A DNA stretch of 41,577 nt, taken from the IMG/VR virus record IMGVR_UViG_3300045988_115369; one strand, given 5' to 3'. The stretch comes from a virus. The translations under genes and the position numbers were made by a program. Of the stretch, positions 15,301 through 24,089 are shown in pieces. The stretch's first letter is position 1. Each line of letters opens with the position of its first letter. Below the pieces are notes generated by a model. The model did not search any database and was not told where the DNA came from. It worked only from the letters and a program-made list of their open reading frames with translations.

Positions 15301-17254
15301 TACCACGTAACGCATAGATATTTGCTCTAGCGAGACTTAAAACTTTGCGTACTGTATAGTTGTGTAAATCCCAATTCTTATCTTCCAAAAGGTCATAGAT
15401 GCTGGTACGGCTGTTTACATTTACTTTCTTATCTCTAAGAATCTCCTTGTAAGCAGAACCAATAACATCTCTTAGACCTGTTGTCATAGTGTGCATATCT
15501 CTTACTACATCAGCAAGGGCACGTTTAGACGCTACTCTATCCCCGATGATAACATACTGTCCTGTACCTGGAACTGTGAAAGCTGTTTGCCTATTAGTAA
15601 TCTTGATACCGTGTTTAGTCGCAAAAGCTGTTGCCTGATTACTAGACAGAATAAAGCATCCTTTACCAACATCATTCAGCCCCATCTCTTTCATTTCCTT
15701 GACTTTGAGTTTCAGTCTACGTCTCATGGTGTCAATAGGTTTTGCTGCTTTGGCTTTGATACCCGAAGAAGGTACTGTCTCTTCCGTCACCTTACCAGTC
15801 AGTTTCAGATTGTCTTTCTTGACTTTGTTCTCTTTTGCTTCTTTGCCAGACAACTTCACATCTTCCAGTTCCGTAGATTCACTGATCTGTTTCAGTTCTG
15901 TACCGATACGCTTCTTTAAGGTATCTGTTGACTGCATCCCAAAAGCACCAGTAAGCATGTTGTCTTCACTACGGTTCAAGTGCCCATATACTTTTTGAAG
16001 AGTTTTAGATTTAGGTAATACTCCCTTAACAGTACGCATCGCATCAAACGCATTGCCAAGGATTGCTGCCTGTACCATGTACTGTGCATAGTTTGCTTCA
16101 AATCCCCCATACTTGCTAGACAACGATCTGTCTAGCCCCATCATAGACGCACCTGTAGCTGCATTAGCTGCCATTCGTGCTACCTTAGATTTAGCAAACA
16201 TAGAGAGTTTGTCTGCATTAGTACCAAACATTCTTGCAAGCTGTCCTACCATAGTATCAGCAGTAACGCCACCAAGATACTTAGCACCGATACCGCCTGC
16301 CACGGATTTGATACCTTTTGCAATGAGTGCCCCCTCGCTAAGTCCTGTAGCCATGAGAGCAAGATTCACTGGTTCAAGCATCCCACCAGCTAAAGAACCT
16401 GCAATGCCAGCGATGTTATAGCCCTGCATCTGCTCATCCTGTGCTAGACGTACTGCCCGATCATAATCCTGTTTCTTCATTGCAGCCAACATAAACAGGT
16501 GGTCTTGCGAATATGAATTAGTCAGTACAAAGTTCTGTGCTGTAGGGTCATTAGGCATCAGCTTCTTTACATAGTCAATTTCCTCATCACTGGGTGTATA
16601 AGGGGTACTAAACCCAGGTATAGACACACTCCCTCTGACAGCTGGGTTAATCCATGACCAAAGATAACGCAGAGAAGATGTGACACCACTATCAAGAATT
16701 GCATCATCAGCAGCATCAACAAATCTGGAAATGGGGTCACGTTCTTCCATAGGAGCAGGAGCATCTGGAATATATTCATGACCATACCTAGAATGCCCCT
16801 GTCTGTCTACAGGAATAGAGCCAACAGCAGTGATAGGAGAATACTCTTCACCAAGTTTAGCCTTTATTCCATCATAATATTTGTTATCCTCATTGTCCTT
16901 CTCTGTAAAATAGTTTCCTGCATATAATGCATCTAAGTAAGAATCTACGTCATGTGCGTCCCCAATCCCATATGGAGCATATTTTGCAAGATAATGCCCC
17001 ATATACTCTGCATACTCTTCTGGAGAATCAAATATCTTAAAGTATAGATTAGTCCCCTTCAATCTATTTTCTTCCCCATTAGGTTCTTCCTGCGTAACCC
17101 CACCATAGTTATTGTTTTCTTTTGCTAAGTCAGAAGTAAAATCTGAGGATTCAAGACGCCATTGTGCATAGATCCAGTGAGGATCAATGTTGTTTGTGCC
17201 TAAGGTTTCATTAGCAACTTGTGCTGCCCTTTCTGCTAATTCATAATAAGTCAT
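12311..17254 (-). CDS. Internal virion (core/ejection) protein, gp16-like, with an N-terminal GH73-like peptidoglycan hydrolase domain
   Basis: 1647 aa in the gp16 position. The N-terminal motif YAQWRLESSDFTSDLAKENNNYGGV resembles the GH73 catalytic region. Confidence 0.8.
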   Translation of the reverse strand: MTYYELAERAAQVANETLGTNNIDPHWIYAQWRLESSDFTSDLAKENNNYGGVTQEEPNGEENRLKGTNLYFKIFDSPEEYAEYMGHYLAKYAPYGIGDAHDVDSYLDALYAGNYFTEKDNEDNKYYDGIKAKLGEEYSPITAVGSIPVDRQGHSRYGHEYIPDAPAPMEERDPISRFVDAADDAILDSGVTSSLRYLWSWINPAVRGSVSIPGFSTPYTPSDEEIDYVKKLMPNDPTAQNFVLTNSYSQDHLFMLAAMKKQDYDRAVRLAQDEQMQGYNIAGIAGSLAGGMLEPVNLALMATGLSEGALIAKGIKSVAGGIGAKYLGGVTADTMVGQLARMFGTNADKLSMFAKSKVARMAANAATGASMMGLDRSLSSKYGGFEANYAQYMVQAAILGNAFDAMRTVKGVLPKSKTLQKVYGHLNRSEDNMLTGAFGMQSTDTLKKRIGTELKQISESTELEDVKLSGKEAKENKVKKDNLKLTGKVTEETVPSSGIKAKAAKPIDTMRRRLKLKVKEMKEMGLNDVGKGCFILSSNQATAFATKHGIKITNRQTAFTVPGTGQYVIIGDRVASKRALADVVRDMHTMTTGLRDVIGSAYKEILRDKKVNVNSRTSIYDLLEDKNWDLHNYTVRKVLSLARANIYALRGIKTKKPKDSTLLKWVKASAYEQKYRDTPIKVSPDGTAYIYDTAFDKDSPVNFHAEMVWDAEQKEVDDWMQRSLPHWFPTRLGKRLEADGLFKTIYGVLGHSRLLAVRSLNDFLFEPTRGRIAARANPVVGERIKQYLQQRVKPMLNDYYDARNAWLQKNKFYKFQGQYRLEFDRQVQQCFNAQYAGNKAGLSPNEMIWEPEVIKAADTLKKIREGCLEMMQEDSQFHGGGGYGSYIDKDWKPLDLEFTRKVDNEMLTRLVDFMDGDTETCMKKMYEYAQMACKRDVVRKQMEADAKRRYLKAHKEWEERMFSGRVPKPEFNETNKRSKQGKALKDAGYQKTVGKQLELDTSTIPEEPQLEKVTKAMVEEEIDKRCKAWARGVIDQNASETCFSGGKYGVSIPQFLKSRLPMDTTVRMPIANKAGTTLDFSFDSHLRDVNTDRIINSYIDRVCGEVAVFDSIGNWRQTGVLDDVAKQLELGIKAGKITKSAAKEQKDALTEGMSRLLSTHVDTKPKTLWDAFSELFRTKSYADVGGQMFMAQLGEFGSAMAYAGTRVLYKSIPILRQMRRAMLSASEKELEDFAKEAQVRLYGRELNTRFWDRNSDYEARSFRDALGYSSVWGKRLDKAQETMKIFSNVTSTLNQLPKLTDWMIRQTRESGFIDAIKWARGEKISSTRDPFSKYLLDAAHVQDVDKLKAHIKKYLDSGKVDPDVFDKWRKEDHQTFFEFRNLLENYSRRGIQQMSIGNTPLLKEKNWFTKLLFQFKDYSLRAVNDQTLRALSSRQMDDALAALASMGTNCMSYMGLVYLRAAVKYPNDPEGRKEYIAKQLTPGRLAWAAFSRGAITGSIPSFGSDIYEILTGTPMMRTTVDNSSKTSGTGKDMKAGSIAGRAVDQMPAVSSTINPILGVGESVYNSTVGDGISQEDMANIMKTIPFNGFWGMTLLASEIRDASGVKKRKEMNKEKKQRERKNRYKIGAASGNNRNANSDISSIMNVK

Positions 17255-17279
17255 CTTAATTTCTCTTTCTGCACCTAAA

Positions 17280-19772
17280 TTATCTGTAATTCACTACACT
17301 ATAAACTTCTGTTGGGTTATCTTCCACTTCATCTTCAGTAATCCAGTGATGTCTTTCTTCATACTGTTCCTGCTCTTCTGCTACAAGGTTATCCATTTCA
17401 GACACACCTGTATCTGGGTCTGGGGTAAGCAAGTCATTGACGTAAGCAGAAAATTCATCTGGAGAGAAATACTTCTGTTCCTGTGTACTGCTGTTCATGA
17501 ATCCAAGAACATTAGTAGATGGATCATAGACAACATTCACACTGTCTGTACCCCCCAAAGTATCAATTAGGTGCGTGATTGCCTGACGTGCAGATCTTCC
17601 CTTATTTACATAGTCTTCCTGATCTACCCCTGTAAAGAAATCCTTAGGAACGATACAATCTATTCCTCTTTCATGATAATCAAAGTACTGCCCTCTAATC
17701 TGGTCAGCTGCCTGTTTTACTGCTTCGTCTCCGTCCATACCATTGTAGATATAGACTTTTGCCAGATTTCTGATTTTCCCACGAAGGCTAGGGTCATTGA
17801 TACCATAGACACCATTGAAGATAAGTGAACCATCTGCATTTGTTCCCATCGTCTCTATCTGCATTGCTGTATTATCTGCATTAGACATAGCATCATTAAG
17901 GCGTGTCTCCATAATGTCTTTTGTGTCTTCGTTATGCTCCTGCTGATACACATTCCCATAGAGTTGCATTGCCTTCTTTAACCCATCAAATCCCTCTTCA
18001 GAATGATAGGAAATCCCATCTTCTACCTGTGACAAGGAAGACAAGGCTGAAATGTCACGTAAAGTGCTACTATTAAATACAGAACCTGCCAGTGCTGGGT
18101 TTGCATGATAGATATCAAGAGCAGTCTGGATATTCTGCAATGCTGGCGTATCATACGTTGCTGTATCCCAATCAATATTCATGGCATCCATAAGAGAAGA
18201 GTTGACAGCAAAATTCAAACTATTCTTAAATGCTTTCATCTGCGGAGCAGTAAGAAGTTTGCCTTCCTGTCTAACACATTCATTCAGATCAATTTCTCCA
18301 TTAGAAAATGAAGAGAGAATCCCTTTCAAGAGTGTCTGCCCTGCCCCAATGACTTCCTGCTCTGTCAGTGCTTTCTTAGACACACTTCCATCTGCATTCT
18401 GCACACTCTTCATCAAGGGTGCAGTGATAGGAGAACCACCACCATAAGAATTGCCTTTGCATAAAGCACTAAACCATTGAGAAATGTTCTGCTGTGTTGC
18501 ACTGTCCAATACTACGGCAGCTGCCTTCCCTACTGCTCCAGAGCGTCCAGAAGATCTTACTCTGCTCTGGTATTCGATTTCTCGCTTCTTATCTCCACGC
18601 ATAGAGGTAAACAGCCCCTTTTGTGCCATGACAGCAGCAATATGAGGATTGTCTTTCTTAATCTGCTCTACCTTTTTGTCAAACTCATCCAGAGATGTAC
18701 ATTTCTGTAGACCATCAACAATATCTGCCATGTACTTTTCTCTAAGCGCACCGTCCATAGCAATTCCAGAACCATGGAAATCTTCATAAGGCAGAAGTTC
18801 TTTCAGCTTCCATTCTTTTCCATTCACGTCTGTATAGACACTCGCTTCAAAGATTTTGTCTAAATCCTTACCGCCATTGTTCGCAATACGTTCATCAATA
18901 GCCTTAGACAACATGGGAAGCATAGCATAGAAAGAACCCCCAGCATTTTCATAATCAGTACATGCCTGTTTGAGTTCTTCTACCTGTGTCTCAATAGGGG
19001 TCTGAGACACATGTTCTGCACTTCCTATGTCTGACAGTTTGGCAGTAAACGAAGCAGAGCGAATCGCTTCTCTATTCTTCCCTGCTTCTGCCATCTGTCT
19101 ATTGATATTGTTCTGGGTGTAGGTGTCCATATTTTCATAGAACCCAAGAGCAAAGAACTTAGAATCTCCATTGTGCTGAAAACTGGAAATAGGTTTGATA
19201 CTTCCCAGAGCAGAGGCACTGTTAGGAGCAGAATCCCCTGTGACCTGTGCGTCTTCATTTGCCTTTTCCCAGTCTTCACCAATGTTATATTCACGTCTAT
19301 GTGCTTCTACAAAGTTCAGCCATCGTGCGTTTTCTTCCCCTGCTGTCTGACATTCACCCTCTTTGGCTACAACGTCCTGATCGTATCTGTTACGAATATC
19401 ACGAATTGCATTTTCGCCACGATACTTATCTAGGGCAGCCATAGTATAGGGATTGTCTAACAACTCTTTGTGATTAGAGTTAGCAAGCATCTGCTGAGAA
19501 GAAGTCAGAATCTTTCCTGCATTGTTCGGGTCATTCTTAATCACTTCTGCCATGAATTTGCCATACTTTTCATCTCTAGCATCCTGTTGTGACATGTGAC
19601 TAAGGATAGTATCTCCCAGCACCCCAAGTGCTTTTGCAAGACTTGCTGCTTTAGATCCTGCACCTGCTGTCGTACTTCCAGAAGGAACAATAAGCTGCTT
19701 CTGGTATGTATCTCGTACCTGAGGTGCAAACTGTCTCTGTGTACCTACGGCATTCGCTACATTTGTTGCCAT
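17280..19772 (-). CDS. Internal virion (core) protein, gp15-like
   Basis: 830 aa. Called from position between the gp14-like and gp16-like genes. Confidence 0.7.
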   Translation of the reverse strand: MATNVANAVGTQRQFAPQVRDTYQKQLIVPSGSTTAGAGSKAASLAKALGVLGDTILSHMSQQDARDEKYGKFMAEVIKNDPNNAGKILTSSQQMLANSNHKELLDNPYTMAALDKYRGENAIRDIRNRYDQDVVAKEGECQTAGEENARWLNFVEAHRREYNIGEDWEKANEDAQVTGDSAPNSASALGSIKPISSFQHNGDSKFFALGFYENMDTYTQNNINRQMAEAGKNREAIRSASFTAKLSDIGSAEHVSQTPIETQVEELKQACTDYENAGGSFYAMLPMLSKAIDERIANNGGKDLDKIFEASVYTDVNGKEWKLKELLPYEDFHGSGIAMDGALREKYMADIVDGLQKCTSLDEFDKKVEQIKKDNPHIAAVMAQKGLFTSMRGDKKREIEYQSRVRSSGRSGAVGKAAAVVLDSATQQNISQWFSALCKGNSYGGGSPITAPLMKSVQNADGSVSKKALTEQEVIGAGQTLLKGILSSFSNGEIDLNECVRQEGKLLTAPQMKAFKNSLNFAVNSSLMDAMNIDWDTATYDTPALQNIQTALDIYHANPALAGSVFNSSTLRDISALSSLSQVEDGISYHSEEGFDGLKKAMQLYGNVYQQEHNEDTKDIMETRLNDAMSNADNTAMQIETMGTNADGSLIFNGVYGINDPSLRGKIRNLAKVYIYNGMDGDEAVKQAADQIRGQYFDYHERGIDCIVPKDFFTGVDQEDYVNKGRSARQAITHLIDTLGGTDSVNVVYDPSTNVLGFMNSSTQEQKYFSPDEFSAYVNDLLTPDPDTGVSEMDNLVAEEQEQYEERHHWITEDEVEDNPTEVYSVVNYR

Positions 19773-20308
19773 TACTTCTGTCCCCCTGTCTTACGATTTA
19801 TTTTTACATTCTGATATGCATCATATGCCTGTAGTCCTGCCCCCATCAAAGACAGGATGTCTGCCTTCTTATTCGGTTTAGCAGCTTCCTTATAAGATGC
19901 AACAGTTCGCTGCGTAGACTTCAATGTAGTCAGTTTGTTCAAATCAATCTCATTGCTCTTTCGTAAATAGTTATCCTGAATAGAAGCTATATTTCTAGCA
20001 GTATCTCCGACTGTACTCCGCATGATCTGGTCAGCTGTTCTACCACCGCCAGCCATGTCTTCATTTACTGCTGCCTGTACCTGTGAATTAAGCTGTAATG
20101 CATTCTGCTGAGTTTTCATAATAGAAGTAACAGCTTCATCATATGCATCCTGTCTTTCCTGCTCATAGTTCACCAAACTGCCATTCATCTGATAAATAGC
20201 ATCATTTGCTTGCGCCTGATATGCCAGTGCATTAGCTTTATTCTGTTGCCTAATCTGCAAGCCTTTCAAACCCACCATTGCAGCAGCCATTCCTGCAAAT
20301 CCACACAT
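19772..20308 (-). CDS. Internal virion protein, gp14-like
   Basis: 178 aa, called from position and size. It has a hydrophobic N-terminus and a Gln/Ala-rich helical body. Confidence 0.55.
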   Translation of the reverse strand: MCGFAGMAAAMVGLKGLQIRQQNKANALAYQAQANDAIYQMNGSLVNYEQERQDAYDEAVTSIMKTQQNALQLNSQVQAAVNEDMAGGGRTADQIMRSTVGDTARNIASIQDNYLRKSNEIDLNKLTTLKSTQRTVASYKEAAKPNKKADILSLMGAGLQAYDAYQNVKINRKTGGQK

Positions 20309-20808
20309 TACTTACTTTCATCTCCTTTTAACTCAAAAACAGAAAAATCATCATCTAGCTTTGTCCATGTAGCACCAAGCCAATCCAGATATTCTACATG
20401 CGTTGTGTTCTTTGTCCAAACTACGTTTGTTAAGACACCATATGCTTTCAAAAGTCTAGGCAGTAATTGCTTTGAGAATCGTAAGAAGCTGAGTTTGTGT
20501 CTAGCATACTCTGGGGTAAAACAGAGCCAAATCACGCCTTTTCCTCTATATTTGTACAGACCGCCAATCCCAACTGCCTTGTCTTTATATGTAATCTTGT
20601 AAACTGGATGTTCATAATGCACTACGAGATCAACAATGCACATATCATAAGAAGTACGGTTACTACTCATCATGATTTCTTTCTTGTCTTCTCTTCGTAG
20701 TTCCTTACAAATATCCCAGATTTCTTTTGTTCCGATTGCTTTGATTTTCCAGTCAGAATTACACTCTAGTAGCTCTCTTATAGTAAACACCTTCCCACCC
20801 TGCACCAA
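20308..20808 (-). CDS. gp13-position protein (internal virion protein A-like)
   Basis: 166 aa, called from position only. It overlaps the 3' end of the tail tubular B gene by 50 nt. Confidence 0.45.
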   Translation of the reverse strand: MVQGGKVFTIRELLECNSDWKIKAIGTKEIWDICKELRREDKKEIMMSSNRTSYDMCIVDLVVHYEHPVYKITYKDKAVGIGGLYKYRGKGVIWLCFTPEYARHKLSFLRFSKQLLPRLLKAYGVLTNVVWTKNTTHVEYLDWLGATWTKLDDDFSVFELKGDESK

Positions 20809-23143
20809 TCAATGCTACAGGCATAGGAAGTTCTGTCTCTATACTGATAGAGCAATTAGAACTCAAAGACTGTACAGGGAACTTAAACTGTCCTGTCTCT
20901 AATGCTGTAAGTCCAATTTTATTTCTACCAGAACCTAAAAGCCGTGCAGTCATTACATATTCATACGTTTCTTTGTCAAAACATTCAACAATGGCTTTGA
21001 TATATCCGCAATTCTCATAGTTCACCCAGAAATTCCTAAGCTGCAATCTTCCTTCTGTGTATGCAGTAACACCATTGTCATCCTGTTTACGAATCATAAC
21101 CTCAGAGAACTTTGCCTTGAATTTATACAGTTCTCCTTCAATGAAACGACTGCCTACCCAGTTTCCTTGTAGCCAGACATACCTTCCATCTTCCATTTCT
21201 TCTGGTGTCCATTTTCGGAAAAAGCCTTTGCTGTCTACCAGTCCGTAAGACACACCTGCTTTCAGAGTGTCTCCATACATGGTTTTCATATCTACCTTAG
21301 TCCGTCCTTCAATATCATCATAAGCATCTGAAGTAATGGCAGGTAAAACAACCTTTCTATCCATAAAGACACGATATGGTTCATACTCTTCATAGTCCTT
21401 CGTGTTATAAGTAAAAGAGAGACTTTCAAGAGTAATCATCCCTTGTCTATCAAACACAAGATACAATGTAGAATTGATAAATCCGCCACCAAGAATGCGG
21501 GCACCATTGAACTCCCAGTAAGACCAAGAGGACTGTAATCTGCTGTTATCTACAAACAAGTATTTGTAAATGTATACTTTTGATTCAGCACCAATAGTAA
21601 AGAACCCTAAAACATTCTCTGTATTGGAAGACACAATTTTATACACACCATTCGGGATAAAAGAAGGCACATGAGACGTTACATCCTGTGCATCTTTCAA
21701 ATTGGTGGTGTCTTCAATCGTGAAATATTCTTTGATCGTAGTAAACTCTGCACGTTCTGTAGGAAAATAGACACGTCTTCCTGCTCCTACTGGACGCACA
21801 TATGGATTGCAAGTAAACTCTGTGACTTCTGTGATAGAGCAATTCTTAGGAGACAATACGCCATCTGCTCTGAGTAAGAACTGTGTATCATTAGAGAAGA
21901 GAAGCAACTCTTCATCAAATGGAACAGCATGATAGAGGATAGATACACTGTTATGGGATACTGCTAAATCAATAGGATCAGTGTCCTGCATGTCTACTAC
22001 AGAAGCGAACCAGAAATTAAAGAAAGACGCAGACCTAGACAGGATGACATTCTCTCCTGAAATAAGCCCAAGCCTGTTTCTGTAAAAGAAAATATCATTG
22101 ATAGTTGCGCCAACGAAAGAAGGTTCTGGGTTAGAATCTTCATCACCTACATCTCTATCATCCCACTCCAAAGGTTTAAGGGTGAAAGACATGTCTGCAT
22201 TTCTTACCAGTCCCTGAGGCATGGTAGAAGAATCAAGCGTAGTAGGTGTTTCTGGTCTTGCACATTCTGTCCAGAGCTGTGTGTCTCCGTCATATCTGAC
22301 ATAATAATCATCAGCTACATTCGTTGCCCCTTTTACCTGTACTGTAAATCCATCAGGAGCAGAACGTGGCAGATTGTTAAAGTTCTGTACAGCATGATAA
22401 ATACCAAACATAGACATACCATTGTACCCATCTTTAATCTTAACGGTCTTAATGGTAGTCCCTGCTTTCTTTACATATAACCAGCTATCCCCAGTTTCTA
22501 CTGTCCACCCATTGCTTTTTGCAGAAGTGGCAAGCTGTTCAGCAATCCAGTTTACGTCTACCTTCGTACTATCAGAAGCATTAGATCCATCCGGTGTCGT
22601 GTAAGTGGCAATCGTTACATCATTGATAATACAAGCATATGTTCTGCCATACTGCCCACTCTTAACATTAAAGAGTGCGCCCTGTGTGTCTTTCCATCTG
22701 TCAGAATCCCAGACCTTCCCTGTCATTGCTACTTTCTTTTTTGTATTAACAATAAAAGTATAGTCTGCAATGGTAATGCATTTAAGATACTTTCTGGGGT
22801 CTACACCACTAAGGTATGATGCAGATTTAGCATCAATGGTTACTTTGTATTCTTTGCCGTCTTCATCATAAATCTTACAGCTACCATTTCCATCAAAAAT
22901 CATGATGTACTTTTCTTCTTCATCTCTCTTTACTACATGTACAAGAGGACGATAAGTAGAAGAGGGAGCAACAAACAAATTCTTGATATGCACAGTCGGT
23001 GCCCTTTTTTGCAGACCACCTACTTCTGTGCTATATCCATTTATCTGTTCTTCAAGCTGTTCTGGTAAACGAAGAATAGCTGGCTGCTGACTGATACCAG
23101 ACACAATGTTTTTGATGGTCTGGCTGTATAAGTTTGTAGCCAT
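20759..23143 (-). CDS. Tail tubular protein B (T7 gp12-like)
   Basis: The N-terminus SQTIKNIVSGISQQPAILRLPEQ...GLQKRAP parallels T7 gp12 (SQSIKNLKGGISQQPDILRYPDQ...GLQKRPP). Confidence 0.93.
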   Translation of the reverse strand: MATNLYSQTIKNIVSGISQQPAILRLPEQLEEQINGYSTEVGGLQKRAPTVHIKNLFVAPSSTYRPLVHVVKRDEEEKYIMIFDGNGSCKIYDEDGKEYKVTIDAKSASYLSGVDPRKYLKCITIADYTFIVNTKKKVAMTGKVWDSDRWKDTQGALFNVKSGQYGRTYACIINDVTIATYTTPDGSNASDSTKVDVNWIAEQLATSAKSNGWTVETGDSWLYVKKAGTTIKTVKIKDGYNGMSMFGIYHAVQNFNNLPRSAPDGFTVQVKGATNVADDYYVRYDGDTQLWTECARPETPTTLDSSTMPQGLVRNADMSFTLKPLEWDDRDVGDEDSNPEPSFVGATINDIFFYRNRLGLISGENVILSRSASFFNFWFASVVDMQDTDPIDLAVSHNSVSILYHAVPFDEELLLFSNDTQFLLRADGVLSPKNCSITEVTEFTCNPYVRPVGAGRRVYFPTERAEFTTIKEYFTIEDTTNLKDAQDVTSHVPSFIPNGVYKIVSSNTENVLGFFTIGAESKVYIYKYLFVDNSRLQSSWSYWEFNGARILGGGFINSTLYLVFDRQGMITLESLSFTYNTKDYEEYEPYRVFMDRKVVLPAITSDAYDDIEGRTKVDMKTMYGDTLKAGVSYGLVDSKGFFRKWTPEEMEDGRYVWLQGNWVGSRFIEGELYKFKAKFSEVMIRKQDDNGVTAYTEGRLQLRNFWVNYENCGYIKAIVECFDKETYEYVMTARLLGSGRNKIGLTALETGQFKFPVQSLSSNCSISIETELPMPVALIGAGWEGVYYKRATRV

Positions 23144-23718
23144 TAGTTACCTCTTTCAAGAATTGTCTGCACACCAGTTACATTCAGCATATTGAAGTTA
23201 TTAGAATCAAGTTCATATTCCATCAAAGCTGCCCATGCTTCCTGCTCATCTCTGAGAAGCTCTTCACCAAGGGAGCTGTCCCCTAAGTAGCGTGTCTGAA
23301 AAGTTGTAGCTGCCTTCGCTGTGATATAGCTTCTCATTGGATCTGGCATGTCTTCAAAATCCACAAGGAAAATAATTGTGCAATCAATACTATTGTTAAA
23401 AATATCTGTCTGTTCTTCCCAATCAAAAAGGTAATCCCCTTTTTTCGTGTACTTCTTATTGTCTGTACCAACAACGTACAGAAGATTAGACAACCATCTA
23501 ATTTTATGCGTCGTAGTGTCTGGGTTCAGTGTATAAGAATCAATCTTATTGAACGTCCATCCTTTACTCTGCACACGTCTATTTACGTTCCTAAGGATAC
23601 GCAAGCAGTTGATGACATCTACATTTGTCGGGTTCTCAATCGTATTTACAGGTGATTCACCGATACTTGCAAGAATTTCATTGACTGCTTCCAGTTCTGT
23701 CAACGGAGTTAAAGTCAT
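23143..23718 (-). CDS. Tail tubular protein A (T7 gp11-like)
   Basis: ELEAVNEILASIGESPVNTIE and QSKGWTFN parallel T7 gp11 ([21 protein letters not shown] and QSRGWTFN). Confidence 0.93.
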   Translation of the reverse strand: MTLTPLTELEAVNEILASIGESPVNTIENPTNVDVINCLRILRNVNRRVQSKGWTFNKIDSYTLNPDTTTHKIRWLSNLLYVVGTDNKKYTKKGDYLFDWEEQTDIFNNSIDCTIIFLVDFEDMPDPMRSYITAKAATTFQTRYLGDSSLGEELLRDEQEAWAALMEYELDSNNFNMLNVTGVQTILERGN

Positions 23719-23755
23719 TGCTATTTATCCTTTCTAAACAAATCAAAATAAGGTA

Positions 23756-23831
23756 TGGTGTCTCTTTAAGGACTTGAACCTTAAACCTTCTGGGCATGAA
23801 CCAGATGCTCTAACCATTGAGCTAAAGAGAC
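23756..23831 (-). tRNA. tRNA with anticodon CAU (elongator Met or Ile2 type), CCA encoded
   Basis: The 76-nt sequence folds by hand as a cloverleaf: acceptor GTCTCTT/AAGAGAC, D arm GCTC/GAGC, anticodon arm TCTGG-TTCATGC-CCAGA, T arm TAAGG-TTCAAGT-CCTTA, discriminator A, then CCA. It is not initiator-like: the 1:72 pair is G:C and there is no triple G:C in the anticodon stem. Confidence 0.93.
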
Positions 23832-23836
23832 ATGGT

Positions 23837-23904
23837 GGGAAGATATGCAGTTGCGTTGAGAGGAGGGTATCATGGCGTTCATGATTTTATATGCATATCT
23901 TCCC
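23837..23904 (-). other. 13-bp perfect stem-loop immediately 5' of the tRNA
   Basis: GGGAAGATATGCA (23837..23849) pairs with TGCATATCTTCCC (23892..23904). An inner hairpin TCATG/CATGA is also present. Confidence 0.6.
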
Positions 23905-24031
23905 TATAAGAAAGGAGGAATCGAGAGGTGTGAGAATTGCACTCACAACAATAGGAAACCAGTAGATCAGTCCTACCCCATGGTAAGACCTATACCAAGT
24001 TCCCTTCCATATGTGCCTAGCCCTCTCATAA

Positions 24032-24053
24032 AGTGCTTGTCGTAGCAAGCACT
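24032..24053 (-). terminator. Hairpin downstream of the capsid gene (position of T7 T-phi)
   Basis: AGTGCTTG-TCGTAG-CAAGCACT, followed on the minus strand by UUUAUGAG. The U-tract is weak. Confidence 0.45.
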
Positions 24054-24089
24054 AAATAGCCTAGTCCTCAGACATCGGCTGTTCGCTTC

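Noticed and set aside
20759-20808. 50-nt overlap between tail tubular B and the next ORF as a possible programmed frameshift.
   Set aside because: I saw no slippery heptamer or stimulatory structure. An ordinary overlapping start, or an unrecognized downstream start, is more likely.
24003-24027. Partial phage-promoter look-alike GGCACATATGGAAGGGA downstream of the capsid gene. Other partial TAATTGTG matches occur near 23352 (plus strand) and 3960..3975.
   Set aside because: Only half of the 17-mer matches in each case. Either the upstream TAATTGT portion or the GGCAC core is missing. They are kept as a note only.
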